64,000 bases of DNA, taken from Mytilus edulis (Eukaryota). Below, piece after piece: positions 12,421 through 24,604 of the stretch (positions are counted from its first letter, which is position 1; each line of letters opens with the position of its first letter). The notes under the pieces were generated by a model. The model was not told the DNA's origin. It was given only the letters and a program-made list of their open reading frames with translations, and did not search any database. The DNA is taken from NCBI RefSeq assembly GCF_963676685.1, contig NC_092345.1, positions 4,588,001 through 4,652,000 on the forward strand, read 5' to 3'. A program made the position numbers and the translations under genes.

Positions 12421-13084
12421 TAGATATAGGAAGATGTGGTGTGAGTGCCAATGAGACAACTCTCCATACAAATAACAATTTAAAAAGTAAACCATTATAG
12501 GTTAAAGTACGGCCTTCAACACGGAGCCTTGGCTCACACCGAACAACAAGCTATAAAGGGCCCTTAAAATTACTAGTGTAAAACCATTCAAACGGGAAAA
12601 CCAACGGTCTAATCTATATAAACAAAACGAGAAACGAGAAACACGTATGTATTACATAAACAAACGACAACTACTGTACATCAGATTCCTGACTTAGGAC
12701 AGGTGCAAACATTTGCAGCGGGATTAAACGTTTTAATGGATCCAAACCTTCTCCCTTTTTCTGAAACAATAGCATAACATCACAACAAAGAAAAACATAC
12801 GATAAAATATCAATTGGCAGACTTAACTCAATCAAAAAACGTATGATTAAACAATGAACGAATAAATTTGATCTGCGATATCCGAATACAAATGCACAGT
12901 TAATTAAATATTAGAGACAAACATTCATGACCAAAAAGCTAACAAACAAATTCAAACACAGGACATGACTGAGAAATATTTAACCAATCAATGTTCACTT
13001 TAGAAAAAAACCGGTTTTTTTATAATCTTGAAGTTTATACAAATGTTGTAAGAATAAGTGAAAAATTGAAGATATTACAAATAA
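12421..13084 (-). mobile_element. SINE-like retroposon, family B, with 7-bp TSD TAGTAAA
   Basis: TAGTAAA at 12414-12420 and 13085-13091. Empty site TACTAGTAAAGACTG in copy 2 at ~28141-28155. A near-identical inverted copy lies at 27252-27708. Confidence 0.85.
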
Positions 13085-13734
13085 TAGTAAAGACTGCTTT
13101 GTATACATTAGAACTGCTTGAGTTACACACTTACAAATTAATTAGTTCTCACAGGGGAATTTGAGAAGCTGTTGGGATATAAAAACTTACTGAGTCCAGC
13201 GTCCTATACTCGCTCTACTGAGTTATGCTTTCGTTGTTCGGACGATACATCACTCGCCGACTTAATCTAGTACATCATGACTAGTGGTATAATGATATCC
13301 CGGCGACTATTGAACAGTAAACCAACAACTGTACCGACCCAGTATTGGTAAAATCAAAGAATTTTGTCGATTTAAATATGTGTATTGTGTGTTTCTTGTA
13401 CAAGATACTAAAGGAATAATTTAAAAACATAAGTCAAAGAAAGACCGCCAACAATAGCATAGCAAAACGAGAAAGACAAAAAAAAGACAAACAGTACTCC
13501 AAATAACAGTTCATAGAAAACTAAAGATTTTGCACGAATTCCAAAATCTAGCGAGGTCTTATGTGCTCTGGAAGGGTTATTATATCCTGTTTTACAAGTG
13601 GCACATGTATTGCTGTATGTGAAGCTTCAGGTTGATCAGGTACGATCACAACAAAAAGTTTGAAAATACAAATTAAAAAATCAAAATCCTTTATTGCAAA
13701 TTTAAACAACAAATCAAATACATTAATTATGATA

Positions 13735-16700
13735 TTAACCAATGTTTTGCCATTTACAGTTGATTCTAGATCTGGGGTCAGACGAATGTCTATTGTCTAT
13801 GTCGGACTCAGTTCTACGTTTGTGTAAAATCTCGCCATTTATAATATCCACTGGAGACAGATCGATATTTGGCGGGACACTGTCATGTGCCAGAACTGTC
13901 GTTAGCCAATCATTGCTGTTCATTCGTCCTGCAGATTGGTTATACAAACGTTCGTGAAAAACGGGCTGTGATGGGATTCTAGAAATGTCTGAAAAGTTAA
14001 ACGGGAATATATTAGTTTTACTGACAAGACATAAGTGTAATTAAGAACAATTAAACAATAAATATTTAAGTTTCAGTTTAATGGTATGCCTGTAATTTTG
14101 ATGGTTGTTTTCTCCTCTCCTTCTCTGCTTTGTAAAACAAGTGATTAGGAATTTTCTTAGTACCATTTAGAGACTACTGAATGGTGAAAAAATTAAGCAA
14201 GTCCGCTCATCATACAATAGTATACAATGAATTCCCGATTTTTTTTTTTATTTTAACGTCATTTTTGAAAGATATTAATCTCAATGGTCACGATGCATAC
14301 TAATCAAATTTAAAACATATCAAATATTTAATAGAGAATCATTAAATAGAAATAAAATTCCTTGCAGAGTACATCATACAGCAGACCAAAAGATCTTCTT
14401 GCATATGTTAAAGACGTCATACTGGTGACTCCCCCAAACTAAAAGAGTCCCAAATCGTCAGAATAAAAATGTTAATATTCACAGTTTTCTGTATAACACT
14501 TTTGTAATAATGAAACTATGTTCTTTCACTTTGAGAATGGAAATGCAAACATGTTTTACTAATGTAAGGATACTACATTTCGACGCTTTGTAGTGTGATG
14601 TGATGTATATATCATATCTACATTTTGGAGCAAAGTATTAAACAAATTATCATTAGAACATTTCAAAGTGAATTACCGTTAAAAGTTTTGTTTCGTGCTA
14701 ATAAATCATGATCTTAATTTTGCATCAAGCTGATAACAGCAGATCGTGCAAGGTTAATTAACATTTTCATACAACAGAAAATGTTTCACTCGTTTTTTTA
14801 ATAACTACGTTATACCTTGTGAAAATCTTCCGTTGTGGACTTCAGGTTCGTCGTAACTGGTTTCCACAGCATGATTATGGGGTGATGACTTTTTGTCCTT
14901 TGCTCTTTTATTTTGGAACCACACTTGTATTACTCTATAGTCTAGACATAAATCTCGGCTCAATCGTCTTCGCGCTTCACGGGTTGGTTTTGGATTTTTG
15001 CTGTAAGCTTTTGTCAAGCATTTTAACTGTTGTGGACTTATGCTGGTTCTGTGTCGTTTACCACTTCCGGTGGAACATTCTGAATCACTATCGTCTTGCG
15101 AATCTACAAAACAAGAAAATTGCAAATTTTATCTTCAATTGCCAGAAACAATAAGTCGACTCCATTTTAAAACTGATAAGTATGGTGATTTCATATCTCA
15201 ATACACGAAATCACCTGACTAAGCCAATATTAAATTAAAAACAAAATGCCATTTGTTGAATATCCTTTGTTTTGGATGTTTGGCCGGAAGTCGCTAACGC
15301 AGACCTCCAATACAATTCAACATAAAACAAAGACATAGAACAGAAACAACAACATGAAACAAAGACAAATGAACAAAAGAAAAAAGAAAACAAACAAAAC
15401 GAAAACAAATTAGTTAACCAATGAAAGATAAATGAAATAAACAAACCGGCATCTCGAGGTCAACATATGATACAGTTTTACATAGAAAGACTTTGGTTTC
15501 TAAATTAGCGAAACTGTTTATAATTTATTAGAATGAACTGTGGGGAAACATGACAAATCAATTATAAATTGAGAGTTGCTTAACTTACCATTCGTCCGTA
15601 AGGCTCGGTAATCATCACCACATACGAGTTTGTTGTCGTCTGAAAGGTAAAACTGTTCCCCTGTCTGTAATGGACGATAGCAGACGACACACTTGAAACA
15701 CGTCTGATGGTAGACGTTTTTCTGAACTCTTTGTACATACTCGTTATCAGACAGAACCAATTTACAGCTAGAACACCGGAACGGGTGTGATCTGTATAAG
15801 AAAAGAAATATCAACATTCAATTCAGAATTAAAAAAAACGGATAAATCATAATACAATAAATTGTATTTTATGATTGTATACTAAAGGTAACTCATTTAA
15901 AGAATAAAATAAAAGCAAAACAAAACAAAACAAAACAAACGATAAGAAAAACAAAATTATGGGATACAAACAAACAAACGTCAGAAGCGCTTTTCTGGGT
16001 TTACTTTCATCATGAAAGCTCAAAACAAATTTAGAATAAAAGGATATATTGTTTCTTGAATGCGTTAGGAGGTTATGACCAAAAGGCACTATTGCTAATT
16101 GTTGAAGACCGTTCCACTGAAATTAACCCCTAAACCTTAGAAAACCAATGCATATGTGTTAAAAGTTAGGGATACTCCACTCGACAATTACGTAACGAAG
16201 ACATTCTTAAATTGCTGATCTTAAAATTCATTTTGGTTTTGCATTTTGTTATTTCAGTTAACTCACCTTATATAATCTTCATAACACAACAAATTACTAC
16301 CGTTTCCATAGCAACTGTTTCCCAATGGTTTTTCACACATAGAACATTGTAAACATGACGGGTGCCACACTTTGTCATGGATACGTAATAATGACTTGTC
16401 GTATATGATGTTACCACATCGAGCACACCCAGGAACACCTAAAGACAAAAATACAATATAAATATGTGTTAGTGTGCAGATTAAGACAATTTGAAAAACC
16501 TGTCATGCAGTTATAAATAATGCTTTTCATTGCTGCACAATGACCGGCTTGTAAAATATGGGGAATTAATAATCAAGTTTCTTTAATGAACTTTTATATT
16601 TGTTTTCCCGTATTTTGTGAAGTAGTTTATACTTCTTCAATATAGATTGATGGTGTGTTTATGTTCACTATTATCATGGATTATGTCGAATTCAAAATAT

Positions 16701-17778
16701 CTTGTATTGTTCTAAAAGGTTACTCTATGTATAGAAATATTGTTAATTTTCTCATCCGACAGTAAAATCCAAGAGCAATTAAATCTATTTTTGGCTGTGT
16801 TGATTGCATTTCAAGTCGGATTACTCGTAATTTAATCAAATGTTTCATGAAGAGAAAGTACCATGTTTTCTGTACGTTGAAAAAAGCGTTGCTTGAAAAA
16901 AAAACTCTTTCATTGGTCCGCACGTTGTCTATAAAAAGTGGGGAATAACAACCACTATCCAGCAACTCGTAAGTCTTATTTGCCTGTCTTTTATCCTGGT
17001 CGGCCTATATTATCGAAATCAAGCCTATCGTATGTATACTGTTAATATATAATTGTTCTCTTCCTGAAGTTGCACGAATCAGTTGCCACTTGACGTTAAG
17101 CAAGAACTTGAACAATTATCAATCTACTTTGGACTTTCCGGTTTGTGTATTACGTTTTTGAATATCTGTTCCTTTTACGTTTTATCAGAAGTCCATTACT
17201 AGGTGGTAATGGACTTCTGGTTTTATCTATATCTTCTTCGTTCAAATATCTACATTTTTCATCATTGAATAATGACAGTTATATTGAATTTGATATATAC
17301 TATTCCTCATCTTTTTGGTAAAAGTTACGAAGTTTAAATAAAAAAAAGTGTAAAAAGAAATTAACAGTGATTCACTGACAGAAAACTAATACCAAACCTT
17401 CTGACGAGCAAAGAAAACAAAACAAAATAAAAAAAATAATTGAAAAAAAAAAACATCTTCCTTATGCGTGTGGATTATATCCGCTGAAAGAAACAGTAAG
17501 AACTTAATGAGAATAGATTTTTAAAAGTCTGAAAATATGTTTGTGTACAGTGAACGATAACACTTTCAAATTCGTTTTTCGCCGATCTTCGTTAAAATAA
17601 AAAAAAAATTAAACGGATGAAAATCAGAGATGGACTGCATTTACACTTGCATTAATATATATATACTTTTTGTTGCGACAGTAATGCTTTTAAAATATTT
17701 GTACATACCGCCTTTCCACGAATCAATATTCTCTGGGTCTGAAGCTGTATCGGACGTGTTCGGAGATGAATATTCCAT
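13735..17778 (-). CDS. LIM-homeobox transcription factor (divergent Lhx3/4-like), copy A, 5 exons, ~328 aa
   Basis: Exons 17709-17778, 16267-16438 (LIM1), 15589-15791 (LIM2), 14816-15103 (homeodomain KRHRTSISPQQL...VIQVWFQNKRAKDKK) and 13735-13988. All introns are GT-AG with consistent phases (1,2,1,1), giving a 987-nt open frame. Confidence 0.88.
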
Positions 17779-18885
17779 TTTATAAAATTTCGACTATTTC
17801 AACCAACTAGCATCAAATAAATGATTGTTTATTACAACTCTTTCAGTAATGATTTGTAAACCTTATATGCCTGTATTTTCAAAGTAGTAAATGTCAATGT
17901 GACTTAGTTAAATAGTTTTGATAATATGAGATGTCTCTGGGATGAGCTACGTTTATAATACCTCAAGTATTTTTATTTGTCTGATTTATCTGAAATCCGA
18001 CTGAGTAATTACAAATTATCTGTCTGGCCTGATAAAAGTCTTGACCAAAACTAGACATAAACAAACGACTCCTTCCGGTGTTTATTCAACAATAACTTCT
18101 GATAATTAGGTTAATTGGTGATAACATGTGGAGGGTCGCGTGTTTCTTTGTTTGTTTGTTTGTTGTGATCACTTGTCCATTGATGTTCTTTGACGGGTCG
18201 ATTACACGTGTTAACGGAAAACAAACAAAGTGATTGGTGTGAGTGATCGATACTATTAGAATGTCTGATCATGTCTGAGCAATACAAATTTATTTTGAGA
18301 CGTGTATTTATTATTATTTTTTTTTAAATTTACTTATTTTATTTTCTCTCGAATATTTATATAGGCTTTAAATTGGTATAATTATTTTGTAATAGAACTC
18401 TTTACTCAATGTAGAAATGCTACTGGAAATGTTAATTAACTTAATCTGTTTATATAACATTCAGTCTATACCATATATATATAACAAAATTATATCTATA
18501 GGCTTTTATACATAAAAAATCATTGTACGTACATAGTAATGTTTCTTGTGAAATCGATAGGTTTTTTTAACTTATAATATTTTTAGATAATCGTCAGATT
18601 GTTGTTATATTTTGGCATATTTTATTATTTTTCGAAATTCTTATCACTCGAAAAGGAATAGATTTCAAATGGATAACATTAGAGAGGTGTGGGGCATGTG
18701 ATTAGTTTTACAGGCCCTAGGGGTACATGTACCATTATTTAAATTCTACTTTTCTTTGTGGTGGTATTTTTTTTAAAATACTCTTAATAACTTTTTTATT
18801 TTATCTATGATGTATAATTATAATACATCCTGTTTTGTGATATTTAAATTTATCTTTATTTGATTTTGTTTCTTCAAAATCCTTA

Positions 18886-19808
18886 TCAGAAAAAGAATAA
18901 ATTATAAAAGCTGTAGAATGGTTTTATGTCATTGGTGCATTCCATAGCATCTGTCCATTCATTATCATATAATTCTCCATACTTTTCACCAATTTTCATT
19001 GGACGATTTGGATCTCCAAGATCGGTAATAGACGGGTTCCCCTTAACTAGTTTTTCTCCAGCAACACTACTTAACCTTGTTTGAAGGTCGTCTTTTTCTG
19101 TTTTTAATTGTGCTATGGTGTCTTCTTTCTCTTTAAGGAGGTAACGGATCTGAGTGGTTTCGACTTCGTTGTGTTGAAGTCTCTTTTGTAGTAGATGTAC
19201 ATAGTGCTGTGAACTTTCAGTACATCCTTTACCTTCCTCTTTCAGATTGAGTCTGTTTTCCTTCCTTTCACTGACTAACTTTTCATAGTTTTCTTGTAAC
19301 TCTCTGAAATCTTTTTTTAAATTAGCAAAGTCGTTTTCTCTTTCTTTGTGAACTTCTTTAAGTCGTTTCTTAAGCCTTTCTTTCTCTTCTCTGTGTTGTA
19401 CTCTAACTTTCTTCAATGTTTCATATAAGAATTGTTCTCTTGGCATGTCAGCAGATTTCGGCTCTTCCCATTTCGATTGCGAATCTTTCACAGAGTTATC
19501 TATTTTCCTCCCTTCCAAACTCATCTTGTTATGTGATTTGTTAATTTCCTCCATCATCCTGACGTTAACTTGGTCATATCACCAGGTGTTTTTTATTACA
19601 CATGTGTAATTCGGTTTCTTTCTGATAGAAGCGCTCTTTCAATTCAATATGTTTTCACTAATGTGGAAATACGATTTGCCGCGATTTTATTTTATTTCTG
19701 TCAAGAAAGTACCATTTTGAATTTTGGCAACATTAAGTCCTTGAGAAACATTGTTAATCTCTTTCATTGTGATATTTTCATAGAATTTATTAATATATGT
19801 AATCCATA
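18886..19808 (-). pseudogene. 3'-truncated duplicate of the MIEAP-like pseudogene
   Basis: ORF 18886-19557 matches 8939-9583 but is cut at the duplication junction (18910/18911) inside the MIEAP domain and ends in FYNLFFF* read from unrelated flank. Confidence 0.8.
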
Positions 19809-22800
19809 AATTTCATTTCAACTGCACTTATTACATAACATACTTCTACAGTTCCTGCAAATACGTGTCAAATTATAAAACTAACCACTCCTATATAACT
19901 CGGCCATAAGTCGCTTTGTATTGTTTTATAATACTTCTGTGTTAAAAAGAAAGTAAGATTTCAAAACATGACTCAAGTCGTCGCAATATGAACGAGAGCA
20001 ACACGTGATCACACGTGTATAACAGTCAATGACTTTCTATAGAAAAGTCATTAACCTCATCATTAACAAGGTTTGCAATATTGGTATCTACGTGTAACCG
20101 TCCCGAGCCGTTTTCTAAAAATAACTTTAAAATAAACAAATGACAATTAAACCAGTAATTATGAAGGAAGTTAGAAGTGAAATATATATATATTATGTAT
20201 ACCTATGGCACTCGAGCTATGGCAATTTAGTTTTTTATTTATTCCATTTTCAATATAATTTAAAAAGTACTTGAGATATCTTATGAATTAAATCGTTTTA
20301 AAAGTTATATCAATAATGAAAGAAAGTGATAAAATAGATCGTACCCCTGTAACAATAAACCAAGATGGCGGTCAGAAAACAAGAAGAGGTAGACCATTAG
20401 GTCAGAAAACAAGAAGAGGTAGACCATTAGGTTCCAAGAACAATTTAAGGAATAATTCGACACCAAGGCCAAGCTCCCCTGCCATTTTAACACAAAATTA
20501 ATTTCAAACACTGCGGGTAGAATAGGAAAATGACGATGCATGGGTATGCGAAAATTGCAAAACAGTGTTTACAAATCCAGACGCAAAAACGTTGGAATGC
20601 CAGAGATGTAAAAAACAATACTGTACCAAATGTCTTAACAAATCAGATGATGAGTACAACATTCTAAGTAAGTCTGACTCGATGTGGTTTTGTAATCCCT
20701 GCAGAGGTAAAGTTGAAAAGAACATTATAACAGATCTAAAAACAGAAGAAAGATGCAACGCAATAATAGAAGAGTTTGAACAAAGGCTACATTTCCTAGA
20801 GACAGAAATCCAGACAAAATGTGATGAAGACACAGTTAGAAAAATAGTACGACAAGAATTAGTCAACAACAACCAGGATGACACAGACACAGCGCCTATA
20901 CTGCCACAAGCCGAAAATAACTCAGTCACATCAGTTATATCAGAACTTAACGAAAGGAAATCAAGAAAAAATAATTTAACCATATACGGAACCAAGGAAT
21001 GTAACTCTGAAAATGTAGAAGAAAGGAAAGACTTCGATTTAGAACTATTGACTGACATTGCACAGAACTGTAAGATAGACCTAAATACATACAACATAGG
21101 TAAGCTAAGAATAATTGGTAAATTTGATAAAGACAAAGTTCATAGACCGTTATTAATTCAAAGTGAAACACCCGATTTTAAAATAGCTGTTTTGAGAAAC
21201 GCGAGTAAGCTAAAGGGAACAGATAAGAAATATTATGCCATATCATTGGGCCACGACATGACAAAATCAGAAAGAGAGAAGGAAAACAAGTTATTTGCGG
21301 AAACCAAGGAAAAAGAAAATAAGAGCCAGGCAAAGTAAGAGGCCCTCCAGGTACTCGACGAATAATAAGGGTGCAATAAAAACTAAAAACATAAGAAAAA
21401 GAAATTGTACAAATGTAGATAAAGATGTAAATATGTTTCATGTTCTTAACAGTTTGAGTTGTTTTTATACGAACGCCGACCAATTTAGAAATAAGTTTGC
21501 AGAATTCCAAACTAGAATTAATACTTATCGTCCAATGATAATTGGTATTACTAAAGTTAAACCTAAAAACAGTGCTTATAAATTGAACCCGGCAGAGTTT
21601 AATTTAGATTTAATAGACAATTATGATCTTTTTTTCAATTAACATTGATAGTGACAAAGGAAGAGGTATGATATTTACATGTACACAAAACACTAGGAGC
21701 GAAAGAAGTAAATATGGAAATAAACTATGAAGAAAATATATTTGTGAAAATTGCACTAAATAAAAATGACGCTCTTTTACTGGGACTACTATATAGGTCA
21801 CCGTCAGAAACTACTGCTCTCAGCAACAATAATTCAAATATTTAAATTTAATTACTGAGTCAATTCAAAAGAATTTCTCACATATAGTATTATTTGGAGA
21901 TATGAATTACCCTAATGTTGACTGGGAAACACATAACTGTAAGAGTGATAACATAGAGTGGGATGAATATAAATTTACACAGTGTGTTCAAGACAATTAC
22001 TTGTACCAGCATGTAACAAAACCAACCAGATGGAAGGGACCAGACACACAACATGTATTAGACCTCATATTCGCGAACGAAGAAAATATGGTAAGCGATA
22101 TTGAGTACCTAAGTCCACTGGGGAAAAGTGATCACTGTGTGATACAATTTCAATATAACTGTTACACAAAATTGAAAATTGACAATAGAACAAAAATGCT
22201 ACGATAGAGGTAACTATGCAGTTTTAACAAAGAAATATTGGAGACAAATTGGGAAGTGCTTTTAAACCAAGGTGATCACATAGATAAAAATTGGGAAAAA
22301 TTTCATGAAAAATTATCAGAGATGGAGAAGCGTTATATCCCTGTCAAGAGAATAAAAACCTCAACTAAAAGAAGGAGTGATTTTTAAATGGACAAAAAAA
22401 ATTTAGAGAAAATAAAAAAATAAAAACTCTCTATGTAGGAAGTCAATTGCTACTAAAGATCCAAGTATAAGATTGGATTACAATAAAGTACGTTATCAAG
22501 TAAAGACGATGACAAATAAACTAAAAAGGGAACATGAAAAGAAACTGTCAACAAATGCTAAGAAAAATCCAAAAGCAATAAGGAAATACATAAAGTCCAA
22601 GTATAAAACAAGATCAGGAATAGGTGAACTATTAATAGACCAAAACGACAATACGTCTAGAAAGACCGATGACGACAAAGATTATGCTGAAATTTTAGCA
22701 ACGTTTTTCAACAGTGTCTTCACAAAAGAACCAGAAGGAGAAGGTACCTACCTTACCAATAAAAAACACTGAAAATAAAATGCTACAAATAAACTTACCA

Positions 22801-22820
22801 GGAATAAAATTTAATATATA

Positions 22821-22862
22821 CGCAAGACACGCGTTTCGTCTACAAAAGACTCATCAGTGACG
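22821..22862 (-). ncRNA. Minimal type I hammerhead ribozyme (slightly degenerate copy)
   Basis: Minus strand reads CGTCA-CTGATGA-GTCT TTTGT AGAC-GAAA-C GCGT GTC^TTGCG, with one stem I mismatch and a non-palindromic loop III. Confidence 0.75.
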
Positions 22863-23185
22863 TTCGAATCAAAAATGTTATAAAAGGCCAAATAAAGTAC
22901 GAAGTTGAAGAGATTTGAGGACCAAAAATTCCTAAAGGTTTTGCCAAATACAACTAAGGTAATCTATTCCTGAGGTAGAAAAGCCTTAGTTTTTCCAAAA
23001 TTCAAAGTTTTGTCAACAGTTAATTTATAATTATAAACATATCAATGGTAACTCAAGTCAACACAGAAGTGCTGACTACTGGGCTGGTGATACCCTCGGG
23101 GAAATAAATCTCACCAGCAGTGGCATCGACCCAGTGATTGCAAATAAACTCATCATAGATACCAGGAATAAAATTTTAATATTTA

Positions 23186-23227
23186 CGCCAGACGCGCGTT
23201 TCGTCTACAAAAGACTCATCAGTGACG
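23186..23227 (-). ncRNA. Minimal type I hammerhead ribozyme (intact copy)
   Basis: Minus strand reads CGTCA-CTGATGA-GTCT TTTGT AGAC-GAAA-C GCGC GTC^TGGCG. It has the full core, a 4-bp stem II, stem I CGUCA/UGGCG, a palindromic loop III and a GUC cleavage triplet. Confidence 0.88.
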
Positions 23228-24286
23228 CTCGAATCAAAAATGTTATAAAAGGCCAAATAAAGTACGAAGTTGAAGAGATTTGAGGACAAAAAATTCCTAA
23301 AAGTTTTGCCAAATACAGCTAAGGTAATCTATTCCTGAGGTAGAAAAGCCTTAAAATGAATATAAATAAGGAAGAAATAGCTAAGATACTTGAGGGACTG
23401 AAGGTTGAAAAATCTCCGGGACCAGATAGGATACACCCAAGAATACTCATAGAGTCAGCAGAAACAATATCAACACCATTATGCATAATATTCAACCAAT
23501 CAATAACAAACAGTACTGTTCCAAGTAGATGGAAAGAAGCACAAATTAGCGCTATTTTAAAGAAAGGAAAAAATGTATTGCTGGTAACTATAGACCTGTC
23601 AGTCTAACCTCAGTGGTGTGCAAAGTAATGGAAAAATTGGTACGTGAACATATTGTCAAACATATGAAAAGCAACAAATTCTTTACTGATCGTCAATATG
23701 GATTTATATCAGGCAGATCTACATCTCTTCAACTTTTAAATGTTTTGGACAAATGGCTAGAAGCCCTCGGTAATGGGAAATCTATCGATGTTATTTACAT
23801 GGACTATATGAAAGCATTCGACACTGTTCCGCACAAAAGACTAATGAACAAACTCAGAGCATATGGCACAGAACTTTCAGTTCTGAATTGGGTCGATAGT
23901 TTTCTAAGTGACAGGATATAACACGTTTCAATAAACAATAGAACATCATCATGGTCAAAAGTAACTTCAGGTATACCCCATGGCCAAGGATCTATGCTTG
24001 GGCCTCTACTTTCTGTGATTTTCATAAATGACCTACCAAACATGGTTGATTCCGACGTATACCTCTTTGCAGATGATACTAAAATTTTTAACACAATTAG
24101 TTAGAAAGAGGATAAAACTCAATTACAAAGTGACTTAAATAAACTATCGCTATGGAGTGATACCTGGCTATTAAAGTTTCACCTCGACAAGTGCAAACAT
24201 ATGCACATAGGTAAACCGGAATCAGACTCAAAATAAACACTGAAATCGACAATAATACAAAAAGTTACTGAGGAAAAAGACATTGG

Positions 24287-24604
24287 TATAGGGGGCGGGT
24301 TGAGATCTCATAAACATGTTTAACTCTTCCGCAATTTTGCGCCTGTCCCAAGTCAGGAGCCTCTGGCTTTTGTTAGTCTTGTATGATTTTTTATTTTAGT
24401 TTCTTGCGTATAATTCGGAGTTTAGTATGACGTCCATTATCAGTGTACTAGTATACATATTTTTTAAGGGGCCAGCTGAAGGACGCCTACGGGTACGGGA
24501 GTTTCTCGCTACATTGAAGACACATTGGTGGCCTTCGGCTGTTGTCTGCTCTATGGTCGGGTTGTTGTCGCTTTGACACATTCCCCATTTCCTTTCTCAA
24601 TTTT
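24287..24604 (+). mobile_element. SINE-like element (core CCTGTCCCAAGTCAGG) nested in LINE ORF2
   Basis: 5-bp TSD ATTGG at 24282-24286 and 24605-24609. Removal restores E-K-D-I-G-V-I-I. Confidence 0.8.

Larger units (their letters stand above)
8939..18910. repeat. Tandem segmental duplication, copy 1 (~10 kb)
   Basis: Collinear with 18911-38497 once TE insertions are removed. It contains part of the MIEAP-like pseudogene and the complete LIM-homeobox gene. Confidence 0.9.
22791..23353 (-). mobile_element. Non-LTR retrozyme-like element (~1.5 units of a 365-nt repeat with hammerhead ribozymes) inserted in LINE ORF2
   Basis: Direct repeat ~22796-22987 = ~23160-23353. AAAT TSD at 22787-22790 and 23354-23357. 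Removing the insert restores CTA CAA ATG AAT ATA in ORF2. Confidence 0.85.

Noticed and set aside
20504-21136. 210-aa minus-strand ORF
   Set aside because: Antisense shadow of LINE ORF1.
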